Assembly (NCBI GenBank): GCA_043228905.1
Contig: JBHGNT010000014.1
Span: 20,088,001-20,152,000 of the forward strand
DNA length: 64,000 bases
From: Azolla caroliniana
Lineage: Eukaryota; Plantae; Polypodiophyta
Reading direction: 5' to 3'
Shown here: positions 37,775 to 50,945 of the stretch, piece after piece
Numbering within the stretch: the stretch's first letter is position 1
How the letters are laid out: each line of letters opens with the position of its first letter
Notes under the pieces: model-generated
The model's database searches: none
What the model saw: the letters and a program-made list of their open reading frames with translations, nothing else
What the model was told of the DNA's origin: nothing
Program-made: the position numbers and the translations under genes

Positions 37775-40700
37775 ATGGAATTACTTCTGAGTAAATTCAG
37801 TTTTTATTCTTTGATTCGCAAGAAGTATCATCATGAGGCAGCAGCAGAAACATCAGCATCGTCCAAGAGATCTGTGAAACTCTGTGTTTGCCAATCTCCT
37901 CCTCCTTCGTCTTCTCCTCCTCCTTCTATCGTTAGTAATCAGAAGATCAGAACAGATGAGTCGATTAGTACTAAGTTTAAACCTCTACCATTTCCTTCTC
38001 AATTTTCCGTGGTTCCTGATCCCCTCGCATTTCTGTTCCCCAGAAAAGAAATAGACTTATCTACAGAGAAAACCATGGGAGATGATTTCATATTAGTAGA
38101 AGAAATGGAACCAAATGAAGAAGAAGAAGAAAAAACAGTGGATGGATTTAAGCTTGATAGTAATGATGATGATGATGATGATGAAACAGGGGATGTAATG
38201 GAACTTCATAGCAATGGTAATGATCATAAGTCTTCATTGATGGGCATAAACGTATTATCAGATGCTTGCAAACATGTGGACGTTGATAAATCTGAAGACA
38301 AGGATCTCATTGATCAATATAAAGTTAGTAAGGGTAAAATATGGCATCAAAATATCAATACAACTTGGCTAAATCCCAAGACCTTATTAACTGGAAATTT
38401 ATCAAACCAAAAACTGGGGAAAATCGTGAGTGAAAATTCCTTCTATGCATCGGATAAAGTTAAGGAAAATAGGGCAACGGATCCTTCAAGAGAAGAATCC
38501 GAAGTTACCAAATCCAATTCTGAAACTCGCTGCCTTGGTTGCTGGTTGGAGGTTCCTCACACGACAGTTGTTCATAGTAAGGAATCTTTGTCTACATATT
38601 TAGTGGATGCTTCTTTGGAGGAGATGGAATTATTGGCTCGAATGTCGTCCCTCTGTGACATGACCTACGCAATACTAGATATCCAGGTACTACTTTGTAA
38701 TATCTTTATTAAGAAGCATCATAGAATCTCTGTATATAACAGCTATCCATCTTGTTAATTGAATATGCACAGCGCAGTGTAGATCTTGCATCTATTTTTC
38801 TCTTTCTCATGCTTTTCATTAACAATTCTTTTGCATCTTATATGGATATAGGAGATCTATTACAATCATAGATCGTTTGTTAGATCTTTAGGTTCTTCTA
38901 TCATTATATATGTTAATTGACATTACTCACAGTATAGATCTTATATATATATTTCTGTCTCTCATGCTTTTCATCAACAATTATTCTGCATCTTATATTT
39001 TATGTTTATATTGGAGATCTATAACTATCTATATTTCTGTCTCTCATTGTATTCTCCGATCTTTGTTTTTTCCATGATATGCTTCAAACATTTTGCTTTG
39101 GTGTGTTTGTGTATGTAGGATCAATTGTTGTTTGAGGATCATGGCCTTCAGTTTATTACATCCTCACTCAATAAAAAAGCCAAGACAATTGCTTCCAAAG
39201 AAAATGAAGTTGACTCAAGGAAGAAACTGCCTCTGAACATTAAGAGTCGTAGTGTTAAATCAATGGTCAAATCAATGGTCGTGCCAAGTATCATAGACAA
39301 GGGTCCTAAAGTTAAAACAATGATGTCGCCAAGTATTGTATATGAAGCTCATACAGTGAACTCAATGGTTGAGACATCGAGTGCTGCATACCATTCTACT
39401 CTAAAGTTGGAATCAGTACATTCAGGATCCAGTAGCCCTATGAGTGATGATGGTTTCCGATTGCATATGGTTAATGAACGAATTGGAGCTTATGACAGCA
39501 ATGTTCAAAAGGGTGACAGAAGCTTCCAAACACTGGGCTTGTTCATGTACACAGGTGGATCTAATCTTGAGGAACTGGAATTTGTTGGAACTCCCAGCTC
39601 TAGGACTGAGATTGTTCCTGAAGAACAGGCCAAATCTAGTGGTGCACAAAGTTCACAGTCGTCAGGATCATGCCCATCAGAATGGTTTGTTTGTGATGAT
39701 CCGACAGAGCATTTACGTATATTTGCCATTCAGGTAAGAATTTGAAAGTGATGGTAGTTTCTGAGCTGGTTTATCAAGTTCCTGAAGGTTTGTATTTTTA
39801 GGGTTCAGAATCACTGGCATCATGGCAAGCTAACCTAAGTTTCGAACCGACTAAATTTGAGGTATACTTCAACAGTATTTCATGTATATGTGTGTATGAA
39901 TGGATGTATCTTTGTTGTTTGCATGGATGCACAATGCATGTATGTGTGTATGTATGTAAGTTGTATGCTGTATGCTCTTATGTATGCATGTATCAATGTA
40001 TAATATGATCTCTTTTGGACGGACATCTGTAGGGATCGGATGTTCTAGTGCATCGTGGGATATATGAGGCTGCAAATGCATTGTATGAGCAAGTGCTTCC
40101 TGAGGTTCGTGCCCATGTTTCAACACATGGACATTTTGCTCGGTTTCGGTTCATAGGGCATTCATTGGGAGGTAGTCTTGCAACACTCTTGGCACTCATG
40201 TTCGAATGGCGAGGTTTACTCCCTCAGTCGGCCATTCTTCCTGTCATAACATTCGGATCTCCTTGCATTATGTGTGGAGGTGACCATCTTCTACACAAGA
40301 TGAATAGGCCATCAAGCCATATCAAATGTATCATGATGCACAGGGACCTTGTACCACGTGCTTTTTCTTGCGATTATCCTGATCATGTTGTTGAGGTTTT
40401 GAAGAGGTTCAATGGAAGGTTCCGGGACCATCCTTGTTTAAAGAATCAGGTACTCAACATTCTTTTTTCTTTCTACAATTTTACCAACAATATATTCCAA
40501 ATTACAACATTATTTCAGACATGATACGAACTGACCATGTATAAAAATTTCAGAAGTTCCTATATGCTCCTATGGGCCAGATGCTTATATTGCAACCTAA
40601 TGTGAATGCTACGCCCTCTCACCCTTTCCTTCCAGATGGACATGGATTATACATAGTACGGCATCCCAATGATGAGATCGGGAGTGCGACCGAGTTACGA

Positions 40701-41192
40701 GCAGCTCAGAGAGCTTTTCTAAATGTGCCTCATCCATTAGATATGCTTGGTGATATTGGGTCCTATGGTTTCAATGGTACGATATTACGGTATCACCGAA
40801 GCTACACAGAAGCTATTCATGAGTTGATCAATCGTGAAAAGATGTACACAGAAGCTATTCATGAGTTGATCAATCATGAAAAGAAACGGCTTATACGTCG
40901 GCCTTCAGCATTCGCTATATCATATCATGCATATACTGATGAGATGAGCACTAGATCTCTTAGTTATGCTGTTGGTCGAACTTCATTTTTACTTAGACAG
41001 AATGTGCACTACACGATTAACCGATTCAGGTTTGGTCTCAGTGCTTCTCCCAGGTGGCAGACATACGGTGATTCTTTGATTAGATATGCTAGCATCATTG
41101 CATCAAAACATGTCCAAACGGGGATCATATTTGTTTTAATGTTGAAGATGGTTTTTCTAGAGTCCCTTTCAACATTACTTGTTTGTGTTTGA
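37775..41192 (+). CDS. PLIP: PLASTID LIPASE (PLIP)-like class-3 lipase / phospholipase A1, 880 aa. Exons 37775-38686, 39119-39733, 39802-39861, 40033-40449, 40554-41192.
   Basis: [26 protein letters not shown]|[32 protein letters not shown] nucleophile, [22 protein letters not shown] and LYAPMG...ILQP. All four introns are GT-AG, phase 0. Confidence 0.92.
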
Positions 41193-42049
41193 TGGGTATG
41201 AGGTGAGCTTGGTAATTTTCTCTTCAACGTGGCATTTACCAACGTTATGAAGCACACGGGGGCCACTTATAGGTGGATTTCAGTGGTGATTATCATTCAG
41301 CATTCTTGAACTACAAGCCACACAATCATTATATACAAAATATTACTTGGCTTAAAAAGAGTATGGGACACGTCAAATGTAGTAACACATGTAAATTTGT
41401 ATATATGTATTGTATTAAAAAACGAAAACAAAACAAACCACAAGAACATTGGAAGTGATTGGGGGGCATCAAATTGAAAGGTTTGATGAATATTATGAAC
41501 TTGAAATCTAAACAAGCAAATGATTAAAGAAAGCTATCTAAAGTCCTAATACTTGGGAAGATGAGCCCAAATGACATTGATTCTAAGGTTGTATATATAG
41601 TCTAGATTCCCTCATGAGAAATTATATTAGTATCAAAATGTAACTCATAGATGTGTACGCCAATTGTTATGTACTTTCTCTATCAAACTTGTGGGATTAT
41701 ATTGCATATATGTTGATCTTTGCTTCTCGCCTCTCATTGGTTTTGGAGAAGATCAAATTGTCATGAAAAGTATCTTGATAGATCAACATAAAGGTGGAAG
41801 GTTAAGGTGAGCCTAATTAAAGGCATCAAAAGATCCATTTCTAGATCTGATTGATTCCTATGGGTTTGGGAAGCTTTTATAGGTGTCCGAGATATGTCTA
41901 TCACAATCTATTGGAAAATGATGGAACATTATGTACATAAACTTTATATGCACAATTGAATAATCCTTGCCAAATTATGGAAATAACATATAGTACATAC
42001 ATATTCTATGAAGATATTAATAAACCAAGAAAAATATGTCTAATGACAA

Positions 42050-43950
42050 ATTGCTAGATGCAATTTTGGTGACAAGTGAGCTCTTGAAATCGACAAGAGC
42101 CAAACATGGCAATGGATAACAACGATTGTGTATGAAGCTTTCAACCAAGGTTAATCCGAAGAATTGCTCATGAGTTGGATTGAACCAATCCATAAAGGAG
42201 GAGATTTCAATATCTATGGAACTATCATGGTGTTAGCATTGTCTATAATGGAACAAAAGGTCGTCTCATGACTTCATGACATGAACGTCATCATAACAAA
42301 TAAACTCTTGGTCAAGTAGGCATTAGATCACAACATTCCATTTCTGTCATTTCTTTACAAGTGGGAACCCCATGTTATTGTTTTATGGACTTTGACAAAA
42401 GCCTTTAACACCATACAAAGACGTGACCTGGAAAAGAACAATATAAATTACAATGCTATTAAAGGATAGAGGAAATGCAAGAGAATTATATGAGCAAATT
42501 TGATGCCGATTGAAAATGGATAATGGTTTCTCGAAGTACCTTTTTTGAAACATGAGGGTCAATCAAGGGTGTCAATCAAGTCTATGCACATTGTGTAGAA
42601 GAAATAGTATGAAAGGCTACAAAAAGAAAGACAAATTAGATGGCCCAAAACATATGGAAGAGCTTATTATTGTACCCCTATATCTCAATGACGTGGTGTT
42701 ATTCTTGGACACTACCAAGGGAATACAACCAAGACACTACGCGACTTTTACATACAAGGGAGAGCCAACACAAGTGGTGCAAAGCTTCAAATATCTTGGT
42801 ATTAATGTCCCATCGACAAATAGGTGGAGCACATGCTATAAATATGAACTTCAAGTAAGTTGGAATAGTTATTATATGTTTGAGAATCAATGCAACCAAA
42901 GTAATACATGAGGGTGAGAAGCTATTAAATGCTATGGTGATCAAAGCATTTGTTTATAGATTGGCACATATCATCACTTAGTGCATGGAATGAAATAGAG
43001 AAAATTCAAAAATTGTTTTTACAAGAGACAATGGGGTGTTAATTTCTCAACATCTATCTTATCATGCTATTAGACGCATGTGCTCTACTTGTATAGGTGA
43101 TAACAACGCAAATAGTATACAAATATGTCATAAAAGTGAATAATATGCATGCACATGATCATGGACTGTCAAAATAAACCTGAAAGCTTGGCTGCATGGT
43201 ACAAAAAAACTAGTAAGAGAAATCCTCAACGTCCTGTCTTGTCATGATAATAGAAACATGGGCTTGGCCCATAGGGGTTCTAACAATGCAAATGGTATAT
43301 GAATATATCACAAAAATATAAAAAAATGATTGATCTTGGGTTTCCATAACAAACTCGGAAGATAGGCTTCAAGATACAAAAAAACTAGTTTGAGAAAAAT
43401 CCTTTCATCCAACTTGGTGCTTTGCATTATGACATGGTTTAGAAGATGGAGAGTAGAAGAATTAGGTAATGTATGAAGTATGATCATCAAAGGTAGAGTT
43501 ATTTCGGATGAAGTGCACAAATGAGAAAATGTCAAAATTGGAATACTGCATTTTAAATGTTAACCCTCAATGTTGACCCCAATACAAAGTAAAAATGGTA
43601 GAACATATCCAATTGCATCTCACTACCCACACCCTAGCACTTCCTTGAACTCGCTTACACACGTTACACGTTGAGGTAGCACCATGTAATCATCACCTAC
43701 TATGAAGACATGTAAGGTAGGCAATAATAACCTAGTGGATGATGAATACTAAATATGTTAGAACATATCAAACCACATATCATTACCCACATGAGCGTTG
43801 GCTCAGGCTCTCATAGAACCTTCGCACTTCCTCGAACTGGCTCACACACGTTAGGATTTGAGGTAGCATCATGGAATCATCACCGAATATGAAGACATGG
43901 ATGATGAATATCACTTACTCTTGCATGCTCAAAATATAATGTAATTAACG
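42050..43950 (+). mobile_element. Degenerate RTE-like LINE
   Basis: WIEPIHKGG, CFMDF.KAF, V.QGC, QSFKYLGI, WNEIEKIQKLF and a duplicated RTGSHTL..EVASW C-terminal motif. Confidence 0.65.
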
Positions 43951-45217
43951 AGAAGTATGATGACTTCTAGATCTCCACCAAGAAGGGTGAGCACATGTGT
44001 GTGTGCATTATTTTCACATAGAGAGTTTTTACTGCAATATTATAAACCTCCTTAGGAAGGAATCACATGGAACAAGAATGTTAATTCAGTGACAAATGTT
44101 AAAATTGGCCACCTCGCCTCCTCATGGGCAATTCAACATCTATTTTATTTTATTTTATTCTCTCCCTACCCAAAAGTTCATTGTATTGTTGAACTTCCCT
44201 TTTTATATGATTAGGAATTGGATGCTTCTGTTGTAAAGTGTGATTCTCATCCATGTACTCCCGATTGTGTGGCACCAATAACGTTATTCAATTTGGGCAT
44301 ATGAGATGAGTTGAACAATGAAGAGTAAGTGTCTTCTCTATTAACAATTATCTCTAGGCTTGAACGATGTTAAGGGAGCTTGGGGTAATAAATTTATAAT
44401 TTGAATACAAAATCACAATAGACATGCTACCTATCATTAAAACGAATTTTGACACACAACGCAAACCATAAGAATAAAGGACGATATATATACAATTTTG
44501 TTTTTGTTCAAGCAAAATACTGGGGATTTGAATTGTACACCTTAGGTTACTTCCCATGTTGTGTCATAAACTATCTGAATAATGTTTGTCAAAGTTTCTC
44601 TAGAGACCTTGCTAACCACATCATATATGAATGCACCCTTTCCTATTATTGTGTTTCTGACCAAAGTTTCCACAAGAACCATTTAACAAAGGGAAGCTTT
44701 CAAGATTACCTTTGATCTTTAACAAAATTCTATGACACCCTTACATTGGGTTACATAATGGACTAGAATACCCTTAAGTTTTTTTAAAATTATACAAAAA
44801 TCAAATTAACACTCATAATTTGATCATGTTTGAGTATATAAGTAAGGCCTCTCTTTCCTTGATAATAATTTGGATTATTCGGAATGCTACGTCTTCTCAT
44901 TCTTTCAATCTCTTCTAAAAGATGTCTACCTTTACCTCGAGGACGCAAGCGCGCTTTCGTATGACTAAATATAGTCCTCTGCTCCTAGATTAGGTTTTGA
45001 TATTTAGAGAATTAACTTGCTTCGAGGCAGAATACATTGCTAGAATTACATGAAGTCCTTATATTCTTTATTCAATTCTGATTTCTATAGGATACACTTG
45101 TTTGTATGAAGCTCAAATACATTCTTTACTTTTTACAAGAGTGTGGAAAAGATTTGGTTCTTCTGATAGAAAAAGAGAACCGACCAAAGCTTGTCCATTT
45201 GGGTTTAGGTTTAGAAA

Positions 45218-45349
45218 AACCGGAACCGGAACCGGATCCTAAGCCTAAACCTAAACCTAAACCGGAACCGGAACCGAATCCGAATCCGAAGCCTAAACCT
45301 AAACCGGAACCGAATCCGAAACCTAAACCTAAACCTAAACCGGAACCGG
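45218..45349. repeat. Degenerate hexamer array (AAACCT/AAACCG/AATCCG/GAACCG) directly 3' of the OVATE stop codon
   Basis: Directly visible. On the gene's strand it reads GGTTTA/GGTTCC/GGATTC. Confidence 0.9.
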
Positions 45350-45358
45350 TGGGTCAGG

Positions 45359-46738
45359 TCAGGCAATGTGAAGATCATCCAAGGCTCTGATGAAGCTCTT
45401 ATGGATTGTGTAATGGAGGTGGGGGTCGTTCAGGCTCAGGTAGCATGATAGCAGGAATTGGAGGGTCCCCATGTCATCAGACAGGCCGTTGCTCACTATC
45501 ATCTCCACCATCGACTCCCAAAATGCCATGTCTGGATCCTCGCTATACCTCACAATTGCTCTGCCATCGCCCACAACCGCACGTATGCCCTGTGGAAGCA
45601 CCATATCTTCCTGCTCTCCTTCTCCTCCTTCTTCTTTTGGCCTCTTCATCCTTCTTGTTGCTTCTTCGGTTGTCTCTTCCTGCACACCACATGCATTCAC
45701 CTTCCTCTTGTTAGAAGACCTCATGAGCACATGATGATGGGCGCCATTACTAGAATGCTCTGCCTCTCTCACCTCTGGTTTCATATGTTGTTGTTGTTGT
45801 TGATGATGATGATGATGATGGTGATCTATGTGATGTTGATGATGGGTCTTTCCATGGCCATATAATTCATGGATGCCATCTTCATGATGATGATGTTGTT
45901 GTTGTGGATGGTGATCTATGTGATCTTGATGATGGGTCTTTCCATGGCCATATAATTCATGGATACCATCTTCATGATGATGATGATGTTGTTGTTGATG
46001 GTGATCTATGTGATGTTGATGATGGGTATTTCCATGGCCATATAATTCATGGATACCATCTTCATCATCATCATGATGGGCCTTTCCATGGTCATATAAT
46101 TCATCGATGCCGTCTTCATCATCACAATGATGGTGTTGTCGACGATGATTGTGATCTATGTGATGTTGATGATGGGTCTTTCCATGGTCTTCATGATGAT
46201 GATGATTATGTTGTTGTGGATGGTAGCTATAGGCGATGTCCTCGCGATGATGCCGCGGATGATGAATGTGGATGTGATCATCCTCATCACCATCCTCATC
46301 ATGTTGTGGATGATGGATATAAGATTCTTCATGAACTTGGCTATGGTGGTGGTGGTGGTGGATGCTCTCCTCATAGAAAGCATTGTCATCATCACTATCA
46401 TCGCCGTAATTCTCCATCAATATGCTTTCCGCCACCATGGTGGTAGTAGTAGATATTGTGTTCTCCATGTGCACTCGCCCACATTCTTGTCCTTCGGACC
46501 CCGACCCCCCGATGATGCCTTCGTCTTCTTCATTGTCTTTGTCCGTTAGTTGGAAGACCTCGACACTTCCCGACCAATGAGACGCCGGCGGTTTCTTCTT
46601 CTTCTTCCTTGGACTTTGCATTCCAGCTCCCTTGAAGAAGGGCAACAATTTCTTAGGCGATGCGTCCGACCCTCCTTTGATTCTCGTGAACCAAGAGGGC
46701 ACAATGCCGCGTACTAGTTTGTGTAGCAATTTCCCCAT
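45359..46738 (-). CDS. OFP: OVATE family protein with a long His-rich repeat region (about 459 aa, intronless)
   Basis: C-terminal OVATE domain AIVRYSEDPDMAFWESMVEMIVSNGL...LQFLLSCYLSLND...HYTI.KSF. First in-frame ATG at 46738. Basic cluster PRKKKKKP. Confidence 0.9.
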   Translation of the reverse strand: MGKLLHKLVRGIVPSWFTRIKGGSDASPKKLLPFFKGAGMQSPRKKKKKPPASHWSGSVEVFQLTDKDNEEDEGIIGGSGSEGQECGRVHMENTISTTTTMVAESILMENYGDDSDDDNAFYEESIHHHHHHSQVHEESYIHHPQHDEDGDEDDHIHIHHPRHHREDIAYSYHPQQHNHHHHEDHGKTHHQHHIDHNHRRQHHHCDDEDGIDELYDHGKAHHDDDEDGIHELYGHGNTHHQHHIDHHQQQHHHHHEDGIHELYGHGKTHHQDHIDHHPQQQHHHHEDGIHELYGHGKTHHQHHIDHHHHHHHQQQQQHMKPEVREAEHSSNGAHHHVLMRSSNKRKVNACGVQEETTEEATRRMKRPKEEGGEGEQEDMVLPQGIRAVVGDGRAIVRYSEDPDMAFWESMVEMIVSNGLSDDMGTLQFLLSCYLSLNDPHLHYTIHKSFIRALDDLHIA

Positions 46739-47085
46739 ATATACCCCCGGCTCCACACGGGGTAGTGTCGCTCTATATGTTTGGTGTTTAGAAATGATAT
46801 GCTTGGTTTAAATGGATTGCTTAGAAGAAATGTTTGCAAAATTCTAGTTGTTTGAAAGGAAGCTATATATGGAGTTAGAAAAGAAAAACACAATAAAAAC
46901 AAGTCATTGGCTCCAAGAGAATGATCAAAGGTTTTATTCAAATTTAATGATAGGCCATGTGTTCAAGAACCTTGTGACCAACATAATGACCCAACCCACC
47001 CAGCTAAGTCTTGAGAGAGCCAGCCTAATACATTATTTTTGGGTGGTTTGTTTTGCCAACTTTGAACAACAACAAAGAAAACATG

Positions 47086-47124
<39 letters not shown>

Positions 47125-48199
47125 ATTTGATTATAAATATGCCATAACCACAAGAAATAACAATAGAGGAGACTTATCGACACCAAGTGACAAAATAAAG
47201 TGAGATTTATTTCTTCCGTCAATAATGAGTTCATAGCCATAGCCATTGTTGATCTGTCCCACCCTGAATCCCCGACATGTCTTCTCCCCCTATGTAAGTA
47301 ATAGTGTCCATCAATCATCACAAGAACAATGTACACAACATTACTTTGTTGTCCCCCTCAACATTAAAAAAAGGTCATCTGAAATTTCTTAGTGGACACC
47401 ACCTGTTGCCACCACGCGTAATCATCATATGTAGGCCCACCTTTAGCATGCCACGATCTTAGTGAACTTTTTCGATGACTTTGGATAGTTTTTTTTCTTC
47501 TTGCTAATTATCAAAATCGTTGAACATCAATATGAAAAGGTGTGACATGACCTTTGTATGGTTTGTGTTGCCTAACCCAAACCTAATTATTGTTCTCTCT
47601 ATCACGATATAAGAATACGTTGAAACTACTAAAGGAAGGACTAGGTTAGTTCTTGGAGATATTTCGCAATATATATGATATTTGCCAAAAGATTTCCACG
47701 GAATCAAGAAAGCATGACATGTCTTAGCCTTTAATAAAACCTGACTACTTCGACATCGTTTGGATGTTTCATTATCATATGTATTTTAAGGGTTTCTTTC
47801 AGTGGAACTAGAATTCCACTTTACCCACTTTTGTTTAGCATCTCGTGGGGTTGAGATCTCCTTGTCGTGGTATGCTTATCGGTTTATTCATACCATGGTT
47901 ATCTTCTTACACTTCCTTTAAAAAAGAAAATCTTCTTTCTTTTCACACACTTTACTCTAAAGGAAATCCTTTATGAGTTGTTATGCTTTAATTTTAAGGA
48001 TCCCCTATATTAAAGAAACTACAAAAGTAGCCCTCTATCTAGCCTTTTGAATTTCGAAAAAAATTAATCGACCACGTTCCTTGAATGAACTTGTATAGAA
48101 GAATAAAATTCTGTCATTCTTTGTACATAGTTGGGGTTTATAACCAACATATGTTTTTCCATGTATATTAAGGACTTCGAATCTCGAAATTAACTTTAA

Positions 48200-49220
48200 G
48201 GGAAAAGTACCAGGATACCCCTGGAAGTTCGTCTATTTACCAAAATGCCCCTGGAAGTTCCACATTTACCAAACTACCCCTATGTCCAAAAAAATACACT
48301 TTATAAAGTAATTATACACTTAAATCTACAAGCCCTATTTACCATAATACCCTTCAAACACAAACTTCTTCAAACACAAATCTACAAGCCCTATTATATG
48401 CTCAAATTTACAAGCCTTATTTACCAGAGTACCCTTAAACCTAAACTTATTTACCATAATGCCACTATATACCTATTTTGACCAATTTATACCACTTTTA
48501 TTTTTCAAAATACATCATAAATCAAACTAAATTATCAAGATTATATTATATATCAAAAATTTCAATTGAAAGGTCACCTGAAAATCCAATTCTATGAATT
48601 TACACCGAGTTATACTGGCTTAATCCCATAAAACCAAAATTTGTGATTGAAGTGACCAAAATTTAATCTTAAAACCAAAACATTTGATCACACACCAAAT
48701 TTTACCATTGGGATGCCATTTTGAAGCCAAATTCTAGGAATTTGCGGATTCACAAACAATTTGCGGCCAAAATGTTAAACCAAATCTCACGAAAAACTTT
48801 GCTACCAAAATGTCATTTTAAACAAAATCTCACATAACACTTTGCTATTAAAATGCTATCTTAAACCAAATTTCATGATTTTACACTAAATTTTGTTAGC
48901 AAAATGCAATCACAACTAAATCTCATCAATTTCAAAAACACTTGCAAATCAAAATTAATTATCGAAATGTAATAATTACATTTGCAAAAATTTAAGCGTT
49001 AATTAAGAGAAATTTAATTTGTAGAAATTTGTGATTGAATTGCTTAAGCAAATAAATTGTGTTTGAAGGGTATTCTAGTAAATAGGGCTTGTAGGTTTGA
49101 GTGTATAATTACTTTATAAAGTGTATTTTTTTGGATATAGGGGTAGTTTGGTAAATTTGGAACTTCCAAGGGCATTCTAGTAAATAGACGAACTTCTAGG
49201 GGTATCCTGGTACTTTTCCC
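48200..49220. mobile_element. Mutator-like (MULE) non-autonomous element, 1021 bp
   Basis: TIRs of about 163 bp starting GGGAAAAGTACCAGGATACCCCT. 10-bp TSD TTAACTTTAA (48190-48199, 49221-49230). Confidence 0.92.
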
Positions 49221-50945
49221 TTAACTTTAATTACAACTCATGAAATGGACTATGCATTAAAGAAAGTATAAGAAGGAGTGCTTAGAGAGATTACCAACCA
49301 AACATTACATAATATGGATTGCCAATCGACAAAATCAACAAAGCATCGAAAAGGTTAATTTATTCAATTAGATTCACTTGATGAACCGATGCAAAAATTG
49401 TTGTAAACCTTGCATGAGTTTCAGACCTACCCTTAATTTTGTAAGAAAAACAACTCAGTTTATTTGTCAAACATTATTTATCAAGAAACTAGAATTAGTT
49501 TGTGATTTCATAGCTCTACAATTGTATCAAAACCGTTGAATATTCACAACTTTTGCTATAATAACTATACATAGTTCACAATGGGCAATTGTTAAGGTAT
49601 CCTCAATCATAGCGCAATGCTTGTCACAATCACTTCAATAATACACATGAGTGTTATTGAAGGAGTCTAGAGAAATTACCTTATGTTGAAATTTAAAAGA
49701 CATTGTATGGCTCTCTACAATTTTCACCTCTTTAATTCTCCTTTTCTTGAAAATTCATTTGGGTTACAATTTAAATGGTGAGGGAGCTATAAACATTAAA
49801 TCATTAGTATGTTTAAAAACTATATAAAGCCTTCCTACGATGACGATAATGTTCGAACAAGTCATAATTACTCTTGAGAGATGTATGATGAAAACCCTTT
49901 TTATCAATATAACCGAAGTGGTTAGCATTAGTTGGCATCTTCCATAGGTTTTTACTGTTTTTGATGGATTTGCATTATACCTCATTTTAAAAGAATTATT
50001 TATCAGCTTATTATCCAATACGTTGGCCTCTTCCATGACAACTAGTACTTTCTCTTCTGTGAAAATCCCAACTCTCTTTTATTGGACTTTTGATCTCCTC
50101 ATGTTTATCTTTCAAATATGTCATGTAATTTTACTAACTTGGTACTAAATTGTTCTAGCAACTAGGTGCCATAAAATGGTTCAAGAAGGCTTAACCTTTT
50201 TTACTAATATATTCCCTAAGAGGTCTTTGACGCCTAATCTAATATTGCATACTCTTCATGTATGCACGAAACCTCTATCAATAGTTTTATGAATCCGAAA
50301 GGTTTACCCAAGTCATCACCTTTTTATTAAGATGGTCACAACTATGCATGCCATTGGTACTATACAAATTGGTCATTTTGAGAGAAAGGATGAGAATTGA
50401 AATAATTTGTTTTTGTCTTGGGCACAACCGTTTTGGTACTACGACCTAGGTTCTCAAGTTGTACACGTGTGCCCATCTATAAATGTACACTCTTCTATGT
50501 TCATGTCAACTACTTTTGCATGCAGTATGTTCTAGGCATGAACAAAATATTGGTAGTAACGTGAAGATATATGCTATTGTAAATGCCCAAATTTCCTATT
50601 ATAAGTTCATGTTATTTGAAACAAAACTTTAGTTAGTATTACTTTATCTATAGATATTCCATCCATTTTTCATTGAGGTATATTTTCTTATATAGGTAAA
50701 ATAGACGTTAATTCTAATTCCTTGATCCAACTTAATCGCATAGCATCACTACCTTGTGTTTTATTCATCGAAGAGATTATCGCTTGCACTGTTTTATTTC
50801 TTTCATAGCTAGCCACATAGCCCACAACATCAATAACGAAATTATTCATCAAAGAGATTATTACCAACAATGTTTTCTCTCATAACCACATACCAGGGAA
50901 CACAAGGCTCCTCAAAGCCATGAGTTGTAACTTGTACTATATATG

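Noticed and set aside
38780-39050. ~155-bp imperfect duplication in lipase intron 1
   Set aside because: Ordinary local duplication, no TE ends or structure
45106-45390. 94-aa PK/PE-rich extensin-like ORF
   Set aside because: Explained by the hexamer array antisense to the OVATE 3'UTR, with no convincing gene structure
45406-46549. Long alternative-frame and antisense ORFs (Met/Asp/Val-rich)
   Set aside because: By-products of CAT/CAC/CAA repeats in the OVATE CDS
49300-50900. Possible transposase relic between the MULE and the LINE
   Set aside because: Only short AT-rich ORFs, no diagnostic motif
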